A stretch of 63,580 bases of DNA, filler included, from an uncultured Gemmatimonadota bacterium (GTDB taxonomy: Bacteria; GCA-2686955), in the NCBI GenBank assembly GCA_964490075.1. It is 13 parts of 13 records of this genome, joined end to end, with 100 filler letters (N's around TTAATTAATTAA, not from the genome) between each part and the next. Parts side by side here need not be neighbours in the genome. Positions count along the whole stretch, not along the records: positions 1 to 6,113 come from CAZBBK010000115.1; positions 6,214 to 11,875 come from CAZBBK010000117.1; 11 more parts are not named here. One strand, given 5' to 3'. This document shows positions 1 through 10,461 of the stretch, one piece after another. The position numbers and the translations under genes are program-made. The stretch's first letter is position 1; each line of letters begins with the position of its first letter. The notes below the pieces were generated by a model. That model made no database searches, had not been told where the DNA came from, and worked only from the letters and a program-made list of their open reading frames with translations.

Positions 1-29
1 TCCATTTGGCGGATCCTACGCCGAAGATG

Positions 30-55
30 CACGAGAGTAAAGTGGATAGCCCTTT
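30..55. repeat. 26-bp repeat CACGAGAGTAAAGTGGATAGCCCTTT, probable element terminus/REP-like
   Basis: Identical copy at 52309-52334; 14-nt core inverted at 60174-60187. Confidence 0.8.
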
Positions 56-58
56 CGG

Positions 59-406
59 GTGATTCGGCCGCTGGCGGCCCGGGCGGCGACCACCGGGCGG
101 CCGCTGGTGCGGCACCTGGCGCTGCATTTCCCGGAGGACGCGCGGGCGCTCGAGGTGGAGGATCAGTACCTGCTCGGTCCCGATCTGCTGGTGGCTCCGG
201 TGCTCGATCCGGGAGTGCACGAGCGGACTGTCTACTTGCCGGCGGGGGACTGGATCCTGATCTGGGATCGATCGCGCTGGGCCGGGGGCCGGGAGCACGT
301 GGTGCCGGCGCCCTTGGGGGAGCCGCCGGTATTCGTGGCGCGACCAGTGGACGAGGTCCTGGGGATGGGGTGGCGGAGGACCGTGGAAGCGGGGGCGGCC
401 GACTGA
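59..406 (+). pseudogene. C-terminal fragment of a GH31 alpha-glucosidase/xylosidase-family enzyme, 5' part replaced by a repeat end
   Basis: GRPLVRHLALHFPED, DQYLLGPDLLVAPV, VYLPAGDW and APLGEPPVF match the GH31 C-terminal signature; homology begins immediately after the repeat ending at nt 55. Confidence 0.8.
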
Positions 407-445
407 CCACCAATCGGGACCTCGTCGGATGAGATCATCGACACC

Positions 446-2044
446 TCAGGGCTGAACCAGAGTCAGCGTCGAGCGCGGCGCCAGACCGTCCCGTCCCGAA
501 AACGAGCCGTCCGGCCAGCGCACTCGCACGCTGTTCTTGCCCTGATAGTCGCCAATGCCGAAGTGAATCATGTTTTCGTTGCATGAGTAGAGGCTGGTGC
601 CGGAGCGCCGTTCTCGCACCTGGGTCGCGCCGCCCGAGCTCAGCCACACCCGAGCGCCGATCGCGCTGGTGTTGGGAGCGTGGCCGATCAGGCGCAGACG
701 CAGCCATCCGCCGGTGTTCTCGGTACGGTTGATCAGCACGCTGGGGGGCGATCCGTCGTCGTTGCCGACCACCACATCGAGCCGTCCGTCCCCGTCCAGA
801 TCGCCGATCGCCAGCCCTTGGCTGTGTTGCAGGACCGCCAGTCCCGGGCCGGCCTCGGGCGTGATATCGGCGAAGCAACCCGCCCCGAGGTTCTCTAGGA
901 GCGCGTTGCGCTGAGGATCGATTGAATCGACCTGCCCGTTCGATACACAAAGATCGAGATCACCGTCATTGTCGAAGTCGGCGAAGGCCGCACCCATGCC
1001 TACCACCTGGCGCGTGTAGTCGAGGACGCCCGAGCGATCGCTGACGTCTCTGAAATTTGTACCGTCCAGATTCTCGAAGAGGATGTCGGGGTCGTAGTTG
1101 GTGAGATAGAAATCGATGTCCAGGTCGTTGTCGTAGTCGCCAAAGGCCAAACCCATGGCGCCCGATCGATGGGTTAGCACCAGAGTTTTTCGAAACGCGG
1201 CGGCGCCAGATCCAAGATGGTCATTGTCCTGGCTCAAGTAAAGCAGATCGGAACGGAAATCGTTGGTCACCAGCAGATCCGGGACGGAATCGTCGTTCAG
1301 GTCCGCGAATCCGGCGTTGTAGCCCTCCCCCTGTTCGAGTCCCTCGACGCCCATGGCGCCTGCCATTTCGACGAAACCCTCCGCTCCGCGGTTGATGAAG
1401 AGCTGATTCCTGCTGCCGCGGTAGCCTTCGCGGCCGGTAGGGCTGACGAATGTATTGACCAGATAGATATCGAGGCGTTCGTCGCCGTCGACATCCGCCA
1501 ACGACACACCCTGACCGAATGCCTTGCTGGCGACACCCATTCTGCCCGCGATCTCCACGAAACGACCCTTGCCCCGATTGCGATACAGGACGTTGTTCTC
1601 GTCGCGCGCCGTAGACACATAGAGATCGTCGAGCCCGTCACCGTCCAGATCGCCCCATGCAGCTCCCTGGGCCGCGGTTTGTTGCCAGAGACCGTGACGC
1701 TTCGCGGACAACGCCGCGAACTCCAGGTCGCCGTCGTTGCGGTAGAGAAAGTCGCGGCGCCGGGGGGGGCCTCCCTTGCGGTGGGGCTTGCGGGTGGCCA
1801 GGAAGACATCCTGGTCGCCGTCGCGATCGAAGTCGTTGATCGCTACGCCCCAGGTGTAGATCGCGTCGATGCCCGAGTGTTGCGGATCGAGCAGCTCGAA
1901 ACAGATCAGCGGCTCGCGGGGAGGCACGGAGCGCGGCCGCGGGGGCGGTTCCGATCGATCGCAGGCCGCGACCAAGACCATCACCGGAAGCGCGGCGTCC
2001 AACCACCGGCGCCCGGTTCGGTGCGGTGAAGGAGATGGGGCCAT
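446..2044 (-). CDS. CRTAC1-like FG-GAP repeat / ASPIC-UnbV protein, possible lipoprotein
   Basis: Repeated D[FL]DxDGDxD motifs; C-terminal NTSAIGARV...VRWPDG ASPIC motif; VAAC near the N-terminus; start trimmed to ATG 2044. Confidence 0.88.
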   Translation of the reverse strand: MAPSPSPHRTGRRWLDAALPVMVLVAACDRSEPPPRPRSVPPREPLICFELLDPQHSGIDAIYTWGVAINDFDRDGDQDVFLATRKPHRKGGPPRRRDFLYRNDGDLEFAALSAKRHGLWQQTAAQGAAWGDLDGDGLDDLYVSTARDENNVLYRNRGKGRFVEIAGRMGVASKAFGQGVSLADVDGDERLDIYLVNTFVSPTGREGYRGSRNQLFINRGAEGFVEMAGAMGVEGLEQGEGYNAGFADLNDDSVPDLLVTNDFRSDLLYLSQDNDHLGSGAAAFRKTLVLTHRSGAMGLAFGDYDNDLDIDFYLTNYDPDILFENLDGTNFRDVSDRSGVLDYTRQVVGMGAAFADFDNDGDLDLCVSNGQVDSIDPQRNALLENLGAGCFADITPEAGPGLAVLQHSQGLAIGDLDGDGRLDVVVGNDDGSPPSVLINRTENTGGWLRLRLIGHAPNTSAIGARVWLSSGGATQVRERRSGTSLYSCNENMIHFGIGDYQGKNSVRVRWPDGSFSGRDGLAPRSTLTLVQP

Positions 2045-2193
2045 CAGTGGGATTCGTGTGCGGAAGAAGATGGAGTCGCAAAACTCGAGTCGAGTTCCGT
2101 AGCATACTCGGAAGCTCTCCGATCGCGGGTCGCATCTCCTTCGGGTCCGCGCTCGTCGACCACAACCCTGCCACCGATTCGTGACCGAGGTCT

Positions 2194-3618
2194 GTGAGTC
2201 CATCTCCCCTCCGCAAGCTGTTCTACGCCACGCTAAGCATCCTGCTCGTGCTAGTAACGATCGAGGCGCTGCCGCGAGTGGGCGGATGGCTGGTGTTGCG
2301 CGCCACCGGAAGCGCCGGCGCGGTGCCGCACGGCGACCTGCGGATCCTCTGCACCGGCGACTCCTATACCTACGGGATGGGCACCGCGCCGAACCTCTAC
2401 TCCTGGCCCCGGCAGCTCGAGCGCTTGATCCGCGAGCGCAATCCGGAGCTGTCGGTAGCGGTGCGCAACGCCGGTGTGCCCGGGCGATCGTCGGGAGAGA
2501 TCCTGAACGAGCTGGCGCAGCAGCTCGACGAGACCCGACCGCAAATCGTCTGCGTTCTGGTCGGACTGAACAACTACTGGAAGTTCGATCGGCCCTTGCG
2601 AGACACGCCCTCGTGGCTCGATCCCCTGCGCAGCGATCTGCGCCGGCTGCGCGCCTACCGCGTCCTGCACTGGATGCTGACCCAGATTCTGCCGAGCTCG
2701 TGGATGCAAGGCGCTTCCCGGTTGCCCGACGCGAGCAGCACGCCTCCGTCCAGGGAGCAGACGCTTGCCGAACGCGTGGCGCGGGACGCCCGCGGGGGAG
2801 GGGCGGCGGGCGGTGCACCGGAGCGGCGCGCCGGGCGCGCCATGGAGCAGAATCGCGGCGGCGAAAGCGGGATGATTCAGGGATTGAGGGGACCGCGGGA
2901 TTACGGTGAGGCGGTTCGAGACAAGCTGTACCGGGCGGTGAACGAGCAGCTTCGGGAGGATTTCGAAGTGATGGCCGACCAGATCGAAGCAACCGGTGCC
3001 GAACTGGTGCTGCTGACCTACCCCGAGGGTCGATCACCCACGGAGACGGTCAAAATCGAGGTCGGGGCTCGTCGCGACCTGGTCGTGGCCGATCTGCGTC
3101 CCGCTTTCAGCGAGGCGAAACAACGGGTGGGGCGCGCAGCTCTGATCTCTCCCGACGGCAGCCATCCGAGCGGCGCTGGGTACTCGGTGGTCGCGGCCTG
3201 CGCCTACGCTGCCGTGCGTGAGGCGGGAATGCGCCTGGGGCCGCCCGTGGCCCTCGCCCCGCCGCCGGAGTCGAGCCCGCGAACGCCCGACTACGAATCG
3301 CCCGAGTCCCGGGCGGAGCTCGATCGTTGGATCCGCTACGGACGCCGCCATGCCGACATCCGAACCTCGATGGATTACGCCTTGATGCTCGCCGACGCCG
3401 GGCTGATCGACGAAGCGATTGGCTCGATGGAGAGCTTCCACCAGAAGGTAGAGGCTCACAATCTGGCCTCCCGGGTGCTCGCGGGGCTCTACCGCAGGGC
3501 CGGCCGTCTGCAGGATGAGCGCCGCCACTGCGAACGGATGATCGCCGTGGACCCCGCGTTCGACTTCTACAGGAAGCGCATCGCCGAGCTCGATTCGCTG
3601 GAGGCGAGCGGCCGTTGA
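2194..3618 (+). CDS. Membrane-anchored SGNH/GDSL hydrolase with C-terminal TPR-like region
   Basis: GDSYTYG, NAGVPG, GLNN and DGSHP blocks; N-terminal TM helix; helical C-terminus. Confidence 0.82.
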   Translation: MSPSPLRKLFYATLSILLVLVTIEALPRVGGWLVLRATGSAGAVPHGDLRILCTGDSYTYGMGTAPNLYSWPRQLERLIRERNPELSVAVRNAGVPGRSSGEILNELAQQLDETRPQIVCVLVGLNNYWKFDRPLRDTPSWLDPLRSDLRRLRAYRVLHWMLTQILPSSWMQGASRLPDASSTPPSREQTLAERVARDARGGGAAGGAPERRAGRAMEQNRGGESGMIQGLRGPRDYGEAVRDKLYRAVNEQLREDFEVMADQIEATGAELVLLTYPEGRSPTETVKIEVGARRDLVVADLRPAFSEAKQRVGRAALISPDGSHPSGAGYSVVAACAYAAVREAGMRLGPPVALAPPPESSPRTPDYESPESRAELDRWIRYGRRHADIRTSMDYALMLADAGLIDEAIGSMESFHQKVEAHNLASRVLAGLYRRAGRLQDERRHCERMIAVDPAFDFYRKRIAELDSLEASGR

Positions 3619-3682
3619 GACGCCGCGCGCGGCGTTATGCTCCCCGCAGCGGATGTGCCTCCCGTCCCCAGGTACCGATCCC

Positions 3683-5125
3683 ATGCGCAGGCCTCCGATC
3701 GAACGCCTCGACCGCTACCGCTGGCGAATTCCCGCGACCGGCGGCATGCGTGTGCCGGGGCTGATCTACGCGAAAGCGGCGATGATCGACCAGATTCACG
3801 CCGACAAGAGCTCGGAGCAGGTTGCGGCGGTGGCCCATCTGCCGGGAATCGTCGGCCGGTCGATCGCGATGCCCGATATTCACCAGGGCTACGGATTCCC
3901 GATCGGCGGAGTGGCGGCCTTCGACGCCGATCAAGGCGGGGTGATCAGCCCCGGCGGGGTCGGCTACGACATCAACTGCGGGGTGCGACTCCTGTCCAGC
4001 CGCCTGTCGCGCGCCGAGATCGCGCCGCGCATCGACCGGCTTGCCGATGCCCTCTTCGAAGCGGTGCCGGCCGGGCTCGGGCGCCACGGGCGGCGCAAAC
4101 TGACCGACAAAGAGCTGAACAAGGTGATGGTCGAGGGCGCGGCCTGGGCGCTGCGCCACGGGCAGGCACGCGAGGCCGATCTGGAAGCGATCGAGGAGCG
4201 GGGCAAGATGCCGGGCGCCGACCCGGCGGCGGTCTCCGAGCGCGCCCGCGAGCGTGGCCGCGACCAGCTCGGCTCGCTCGGCTCCGGCAACCATTTCTGC
4301 GAGGTGGGTTGCGTCGACCAGATCTACGACCCGGTCGCAGCTCGCGCGATGGGCCTGGCGCCCGACACGGTCACTCTGATGGTCCATTCCGGCAGCCGCG
4401 GCTTCGGCCACCAGATCTGCGACGAGTCGCTGCGCGTCATGCTGCGCGCCGCGGCCAAATACCGCATCGAGCTGCCCGACCGCCAGCTCTGTGCCGCCCC
4501 GCTCGGCAGCCCCGAGGCGCGCCGCTACCGCGCCGCCATGGCCTGCGCCGTCAACTTCGCGTTCGCCAACCGCCAGCTCATCACCGCCCAGGCGCGCGGG
4601 GCCTTCACCAGGCTATTCGGTGGAGAAGGGGCCGCCGGCCTCGACCTGGTCTACGACGTTTGCCACAACATCGCCAAGGACGAGATCCACAGCGTCGACG
4701 GCACCAGGCGCACGCTCTGCGTGCATCGCAAAGGGGCCACCCGTGCCTTCGGACCGGGCCATCCGGCGCTGCCCGCGCGCTACTCCCAGCTCGGCCAACC
4801 GGTCATCATCCCCGGCGACATGGGGCGCTGCTCCTACGTGCTGGTGGGCGCCGAGGGGGCGATGGAGCAGACCTTCGGCTCGAGCTGCCACGGCGCCGGC
4901 CGCCGTCTGAGCCGCACCAAGGCGCGCCAGGCCGCAAAGGGCCGATCGATCCTGCGCGAGCTCGCCGAACGCGGCGTGACGGTGCGCAGCACCAGCAAGC
5001 GCGGGATCGCCGAGGAGCTCCCGGAGGCCTACAAGGATGTCGGCGACGTAGTCGACGTGGTGGCCGGCGCCGGCATCGCCCGCAAGGTGGCGCGCCTGGT
5101 TCCCCTGGCGGTGATCAAGGGGTAG
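3683..5125 (+). CDS. rtcB: RtcB RNA-splicing/repair ligase
   Basis: MPDIHQGYGFPIGG, GVGYDINCGVR, GSGNHFCE, HSGSRGFGH, HRKGAT, HGAGR, EELPEAYKDV. Confidence 0.97.
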   Translation: MRRPPIERLDRYRWRIPATGGMRVPGLIYAKAAMIDQIHADKSSEQVAAVAHLPGIVGRSIAMPDIHQGYGFPIGGVAAFDADQGGVISPGGVGYDINCGVRLLSSRLSRAEIAPRIDRLADALFEAVPAGLGRHGRRKLTDKELNKVMVEGAAWALRHGQAREADLEAIEERGKMPGADPAAVSERARERGRDQLGSLGSGNHFCEVGCVDQIYDPVAARAMGLAPDTVTLMVHSGSRGFGHQICDESLRVMLRAAAKYRIELPDRQLCAAPLGSPEARRYRAAMACAVNFAFANRQLITAQARGAFTRLFGGEGAAGLDLVYDVCHNIAKDEIHSVDGTRRTLCVHRKGATRAFGPGHPALPARYSQLGQPVIIPGDMGRCSYVLVGAEGAMEQTFGSSCHGAGRRLSRTKARQAAKGRSILRELAERGVTVRSTSKRGIAEELPEAYKDVGDVVDVVAGAGIARKVARLVPLAVIKG

Positions 5126-5236
5126 AGACTTCGGGCTCGGCGGCCGCCCCGGGTCCTTTCGCGCGGATTCAGGGTCTTTGTTCTCCGGCATCTCGTCCCA
5201 TTCTGGATCTGTTGGTCCAACCTCGGAGAAGGCGCC

Positions 5237-6113
5237 ATGACCCGTCGCATCACCACCATCGTTTTTGCCCTCTCGACTGCTGCCTCCTCGGCCCTCGCCG
5301 CCCATTACTCCTACCGAATGGTGGATCTGGGCACCTTGGGTGGCCACGCCAGCGGCGGTGAAGCCCTCAACGCGGCCGGCGATGTCGTGGGTTGGTCGAT
5401 CGCGGGGAACGGACGCTACCTTGCCTTCATCAGCGACGGATTGGTCATGGACGATCTGGGGACAGACTCGGAGGGCTATTCGAGCGGCGCGCATGATGTG
5501 AGCGACCTGGGCCCCCTGGGGCGGTTCGTGGTCGGCGACCTGGATCTGCAGCTCTTGGGTGACACGCGCCCCTTCGTGTGGAACGAGGGTTTCATCACCG
5601 TGCTCCCCACCTTCGGCGGTCGCGACGGCGAAGCGAGAGGGGTGAACTCGATGGGCGAGACCGTGGGATGGGCCGAGCTTTCGGGATACGGCCACGCCGC
5701 CTTTTTGTGGCAGGGTGACGCGCTTCAGGAACTGCCTGGCTTGGCGATCGACACCCCCTACGACAAGGCCCACGCCGTCAACGAGGCGGGGGTGATCGTG
5801 GGGGAGTCCTGGGATGCATCATCGATCCGTCGGGCGGTGATCTGGTCCCAGGGGCGAGTGGATCGGGTGCTGGAGCTTCTGCCGAGCTGGACCGGGGCCG
5901 CCGCCTACGATCTCAACGAGGCCGGAGAGATCGTGGGGAAGGCCTGGTTGGCGGGCAATCTCTCGGTGCCGGTGCGCTGGGATGCCCAGGGACCCGCCGC
6001 GCTGGGACGCCGGTCGGAGGACCGTTATGGATCGGCCACGGGCATCAACGATCGGGGCCAGGCTGTTGGCACCACCTACCACGGTGGCCACTCCCAGGGA
6101 GAAGGCACCTACG
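5237..6113 (+). CDS. Secreted HAF-repeat protein (3' truncated by contig end)
   Basis: Signal peptide; DLGTLGG, ARGVNSMGETVG and HAAFLW repeats. Confidence 0.85.
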
Positions 6114-6213
6114 NNNNNNNNNNNNNNNNNNNNNNNNNNNNNNNNNNNNNNNNNNNNTTAATTAATTAANNNNNNNNNNNNNNNNNNNNNNNNNNNNNNN
6201 NNNNNNNNNNNNN
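6114..6213. other. Artificial contig linker; others at 11876-11975, 17501-17600, 22932-23031, 28252-28351, 33470-33569, 38587-38686, 43286-43385, 47767-47866, 52129-52228, 56394-56493, 60028-60127
   Basis: N-run with TTAATTAATTAA six-frame stop, 100 nt each. Confidence 0.99.
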
Positions 6214-6378
6214 GCTTCGAGGTCCCCGCCGACTCCGACCCCGGGCCCCACATCCTGCGGCTCGCCGCCGGCGCCGCCGTAGAGGAGATCGAGATCGAGG
6301 TGCTGTGGTGGGCGCGGCTGGGGGAGGCGGAGCGCTAGCCCTGCCCGGGCCCCACAGATGGCGGTGGCGGATCGGCGC

Positions 6379-7443
6379 CTACTCCAGCCATTTGCGAACC
6401 GTGTACTCCTTGAATCCCTCGCCCTCGAAGGAGCGCAGCAGGTCCCATTCGTCCTGGGCGTTGCGCCCCCACCAGCTGCCCTCGTAGCGGGCGGTCTGCT
6501 CGTAGATGATCACGTTGGGGGCGAGGTCGACCGGCAGATCGAGGACCAGGGGCTCGGTCTCGCGGGTGCGCACCTCGGTGACCAGGCGTCGCTCGCCGTT
6601 GTCGGCATAGAGCCAGGTCTTCTTCGGCACCAGCTTCAAGTTCGCCCAGTCCATCTTCCAGCGAGTGTGGAGCACACAGTACTGGAGCTTGGAGAAGACC
6701 ACCCGCTCCCCCTCGAAATCGACGCTCAAGGTGCCCGCGGGGTGCAGGATGAAGTCGCCCACCTCCAGCGACAGTCCCGGCTCGAAGTACTGGAACCAGT
6801 TCCACATGGTGTTGCAGGGGATCCACTCGCCCCAGTTGTGGTCGTGGTAGCCGGGCTGCGCATCGACAGTGTAGGACCGTCCCTCTATCTCGATGGTCCC
6901 GCTGACCTCGGCGCCCGGCATGTAGACCAGCCAGCTCATCCGCTCCCAGGGAAAGAGCCCGACCCACTCGCGATCGCCGCTGAACCAGGGCTCGGCACGG
7001 CTGGAGTAGGTCAGGTCCCAGGACACCAGACCACTGGCGATCGAACCCTGAATCCTGTAGGTGTCGCGATCCAGAACCACTATGTCGCTGCCGCAGATCT
7101 CCACGTTGGCATCGTAGTAGGAAGCGTGGAACTGCTCCACCGGGCACGAATCGGCATCGGCGACGACCCCTTCGGGGGTGTAGGCGATCACTCCCATGAA
7201 GGCCATGCCGCTGCCGGTCAGGTTCTCCGGGTCGACGATCGCGTAGGAGAAGATCGCCTGCACGTCGTTGGCGGCGTCCAGAAAGTTGAAGTACCACCAC
7301 TCCAGGTAGTTGCCGTCGTGCTTGCCGTCGGCGAAGTAGCGATAGTGATAGGCATCATCCGAGGGCCCTGGTGCCACCAGCGCATCGGTCGCCAACGCGG
7401 CCGATGCGCTCAGCACCACGGCCATCGCCGTGGTCACCAGCAT
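6379..7443 (-). CDS. Secreted lipocalin-like AttH / carotenoid 1,2-hydratase / tocopherol cyclase-like protein
   Basis: Signal peptide; EWWYF and GYHDHNWG motifs. Confidence 0.7.
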   Translation of the reverse strand: MLVTTAMAVVLSASAALATDALVAPGPSDDAYHYRYFADGKHDGNYLEWWYFNFLDAANDVQAIFSYAIVDPENLTGSGMAFMGVIAYTPEGVVADADSCPVEQFHASYYDANVEICGSDIVVLDRDTYRIQGSIASGLVSWDLTYSSRAEPWFSGDREWVGLFPWERMSWLVYMPGAEVSGTIEIEGRSYTVDAQPGYHDHNWGEWIPCNTMWNWFQYFEPGLSLEVGDFILHPAGTLSVDFEGERVVFSKLQYCVLHTRWKMDWANLKLVPKKTWLYADNGERRLVTEVRTRETEPLVLDLPVDLAPNVIIYEQTARYEGSWWGRNAQDEWDLLRSFEGEGFKEYTVRKWLE

Positions 7444-7457
7444 CTTCTGTCTCCCGA

Positions 7458-10289
7458 TCAGTCGCTGTTCGCTTCACCGGGCGAGAAGGCCGGCAGAGGC
7501 GGCAGAGAGTTCTGCCAATCGCCGAAGAAATCCGGCACCCGAACCATGGAAACATTGATGTTGCCGCGGCAGCCGGCGCGCGGCCACTGCACCTGATCAA
7601 CCACATTCTCGTAGCGGTCCATCAGCACGACCCGGTCGCGGGTATTCGACAATCCGTCGCCGATCGCGCCTCCGACCGTGATCACGATGCCCGGGATCCC
7701 GTTCGGCACGCCGCCGCCAAAGATGGTCAAGAACCCGCCCGGAGGCACGATCACACCCTCGGGGATCGAGAAGATGGTGCCGCTGGCGTCTTTCAGCTCG
7801 TAGCCCCACAGATCGGCGTCCTCGCTGCCGTAGTTGTAGATTTCCACGAACTCGTCGGCGGCGGAGTTCCTGTTGCCGTCTCCGTTGGCATCACCCTCCA
7901 GCCCGGGCGGCGGGTCGGAGAGCACCTCGTTGAGGACCACCTCGGCGACATCCAGCAGGTCGACGTTTTCCTCATTGGGCGAGTAGATAGGCTCGCCGCC
8001 GAGCGGCAGCCGCCAGTCCCCCACGCCGTCCGGCACCCGGATCATCGAGCGATCCCGATCACCATAGACCGGGTTCTTGGGCCAGCGCAGCGAGCTGACC
8101 ACCTCGAAGTCTTGCGTGGTGAGCATGACCCGATCGCCGCCGTTGGCCAGACCGTTGCTGATCCGTCCGCTCGATGCGAACACCAGTCCATCGATCCCCT
8201 GGGGATCACCGCCGCCGAATACCGTCGCGAACTGGCCGGGGTCGAGCACCGTGCCGGCCGGGAAGCGGAAAGTGCTGAGCGAGGGATCATCGTCGGTGAT
8301 GCACCAGTAGGAGATGTCGATCTGCTTGCGCTCCTCCAGGCTCATGATCTCGACCAGTTCGTCCTCGTACATGTGTCGCACGCCGTCGCCATTGGCATCG
8401 CCCTCGGGGCCGGCGGGCGGATCGGCCAGCACCTCGTTCAACACCAAGCCCGGCAGCACCACGTCGGAACGGTTGAGACGCCCGGGCGAGTAGAAGGGAT
8501 CGACCCAGCGCACCGCGTTGCGCCAGTCGCCGTAGCCGTCCGGGTCGCGGATCATCGACATGTCTCGATCTCCGCGTACGTTGCCGAAGGGGTAGGTGTA
8601 GCTATCGATCAGACCGCCCTGGGCATCCCGCAGGAGCACCGTGTCGCCGGCATTGGTCAGGCCGTTGCCGATCTTGCCCCCGGCCGTGAAGACCGCGCCC
8701 GGCACCAGGCTCGGGTCGCCGCCGCCGAAAAGCGTGAGGCGCCCGTCCGGGGGAATGGAGGTGCCTGGGGGGAAGACGAAGGGATCGTCGTCGTCGTCGC
8801 CGAGGCTCCAGCCCGACAGGTCCATGTCCATCACGCCGGTGTTGAAGAGCTCGACGAACTCGTCATGCGACGCGTGGCGCACGCCGTCCTTGTTGGCGTC
8901 GCCGAAGAGACCGGACGAAGGATCGGCGAAGACCTCGTTGATGACGATCCACGAGGGATTCGGGTTCTTGGGCGGATAGTTGAGAATCATGTACTGATTC
9001 TCGAACTGCTCGGAGAACTCCGATCCGAATTCGAACTCGACCTCCGGGAACGAGCCCCAGCCCCAGTAGAGAGTCACTGTGAAGTCAGCGCCCACTTCGG
9101 TGTAGCCGACCGCCAGCACCGAGTGCGCGAAGGCATCGAAGGACCAGCCGTTGACCACCACCTCGTCGTCCGAGAAGATCAGGTACTGGATCGGGCGATT
9201 GGTCTCCAGCTCGTAGATGATGTCGTCGCGGTAGGGGTAGTAGTCATAGTAGTAGGTGAAGTAGTACCCCTCGCCGTTGGCGAAGTCGCGGAACGCGGGC
9301 GCCTGGGGCTGGCCGGGGGCGTAGGCCTCGTAGACCAGCTTGGACATGGCGAGCAGGCGATTGAACTCCTCGTCGTCGGGGTCGCGCACCAGGTTTTCGT
9401 GGTTGTGATTGTCGTAGTAGAGGGCGAGCTGCAGGCCGCAGTTGGAGTGGCAGCAGCCGCCGAAATGCCCGTCCTCGTAGAGGTAGGGATAGTCGTCCTT
9501 TTGCCAGTAGGCAGCGCGGTTGTAGAACACATCGCGCACCGCCTCGGTGCCCGGGATCTGGTAGCTGGCGTCGTCTCCCGGATCGCTCGGCGGCGGCGCG
9601 CCACCCGAGAGCAGGTCGGTCCACTTGGCGTGGGCGTTGTTGCCGCCGATGATCGGTGTCGCGGCCTGGACGTACTCGACGTCCGCCAGAGAGTTGATCC
9701 TGACGATCCGCTCGTCCGGCGAGAACAGGAACATCTCGCCGCTGTCGGCTCGCCCGGCCAGGAAGAGGTAGCCCGGCTTGAAGTAGAGTGGAATCCAGCT
9801 CACGATCTCGTTGCCGTAGGCCACCTCGTCCAGGTAGTCGTAGGCAAGGCGCTTGAGCTTCGCCGACTGCGGCAAGCCACGATGCCGGTAGAGCACCGGC
9901 CCACGATCGAAGGTCGCCGACACGACGATCGTCTGGAAGGCGTCGGAGAAGCGCGGGCTGTTGAAGTTGTCGGCGAAGCCCGGGCAGTCGGAGAGCTGGC
10001 CGAAGAGGTCGGCGCCCGGATCGAGCACCGGATGGTAGCCGTCGTCGAGATCGCCGCCGGAGCGCTCGAAGAGCAGCTCGTAGGCGACCACCGAGCCGTC
10101 CAGGGCGTGGTAGGGCGTCACGCCAGCGAGCGCCTCGAGCTCCATGGCGGCACGGGCGGCGAGAATGGCATCGGCCGGCGTGACCGGGGCCGCCGAGGCG
10201 GTCGTGGTCCCCCCGCAGGCGAGCAGTGCGGCCAGGGCGGCGCGCATCGGTCCGAAAAGGGAGTGGCGGATGGACTTGTTGCTGCGCAT
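7458..10289 (-). CDS. Secreted papain-like (C10/C39-type) cysteine peptidase-like domain plus three lamin-tail domains
   Basis: GGCCHSNCGLQLALYYD, HSVLAVGY, YWGWG; three INEVxADP...GDANxDG...DEFVE repeats. Confidence 0.7.
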   Translation of the reverse strand: MRSNKSIRHSLFGPMRAALAALLACGGTTTASAAPVTPADAILAARAAMELEALAGVTPYHALDGSVVAYELLFERSGGDLDDGYHPVLDPGADLFGQLSDCPGFADNFNSPRFSDAFQTIVVSATFDRGPVLYRHRGLPQSAKLKRLAYDYLDEVAYGNEIVSWIPLYFKPGYLFLAGRADSGEMFLFSPDERIVRINSLADVEYVQAATPIIGGNNAHAKWTDLLSGGAPPPSDPGDDASYQIPGTEAVRDVFYNRAAYWQKDDYPYLYEDGHFGGCCHSNCGLQLALYYDNHNHENLVRDPDDEEFNRLLAMSKLVYEAYAPGQPQAPAFRDFANGEGYYFTYYYDYYPYRDDIIYELETNRPIQYLIFSDDEVVVNGWSFDAFAHSVLAVGYTEVGADFTVTLYWGWGSFPEVEFEFGSEFSEQFENQYMILNYPPKNPNPSWIVINEVFADPSSGLFGDANKDGVRHASHDEFVELFNTGVMDMDLSGWSLGDDDDDPFVFPPGTSIPPDGRLTLFGGGDPSLVPGAVFTAGGKIGNGLTNAGDTVLLRDAQGGLIDSYTYPFGNVRGDRDMSMIRDPDGYGDWRNAVRWVDPFYSPGRLNRSDVVLPGLVLNEVLADPPAGPEGDANGDGVRHMYEDELVEIMSLEERKQIDISYWCITDDDPSLSTFRFPAGTVLDPGQFATVFGGGDPQGIDGLVFASSGRISNGLANGGDRVMLTTQDFEVVSSLRWPKNPVYGDRDRSMIRVPDGVGDWRLPLGGEPIYSPNEENVDLLDVAEVVLNEVLSDPPPGLEGDANGDGNRNSAADEFVEIYNYGSEDADLWGYELKDASGTIFSIPEGVIVPPGGFLTIFGGGVPNGIPGIVITVGGAIGDGLSNTRDRVVLMDRYENVVDQVQWPRAGCRGNINVSMVRVPDFFGDWQNSLPPLPAFSPGEANSD

Positions 10290-10405
10290 GATGGTGTCCT
10301 GTTGGAGCCGAGCGTTGAGGAGTCCCCCGAGGCGAAACCCCTAAAGTGTAAGCGCGTGGCAGATATCGAGCAACTGGCGAGGCGACCAAAGCCCGCCCGA
10401 AAAGC

Positions 10406-10434
10406 AAACGGCCCTCCCGGAAGAGAGGGCCGTT
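10406..10434 (-). terminator. Intrinsic terminator downstream of the PrcB-like gene
   Basis: AACGGCCCTC/GAGGGCCGTT stem followed by TTTGCTTTT on the minus strand. Confidence 0.7.
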
Positions 10435-10461
10435 CGGAGCAAGTGGATCGGTCGAGTCAGG

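Noticed and set aside
3683-5125. RtcB as part of a toxin/RNA-repair defence module
   Set aside because: No rtcA, rtcR, archease or nuclease neighbour; it looks like a stand-alone gene
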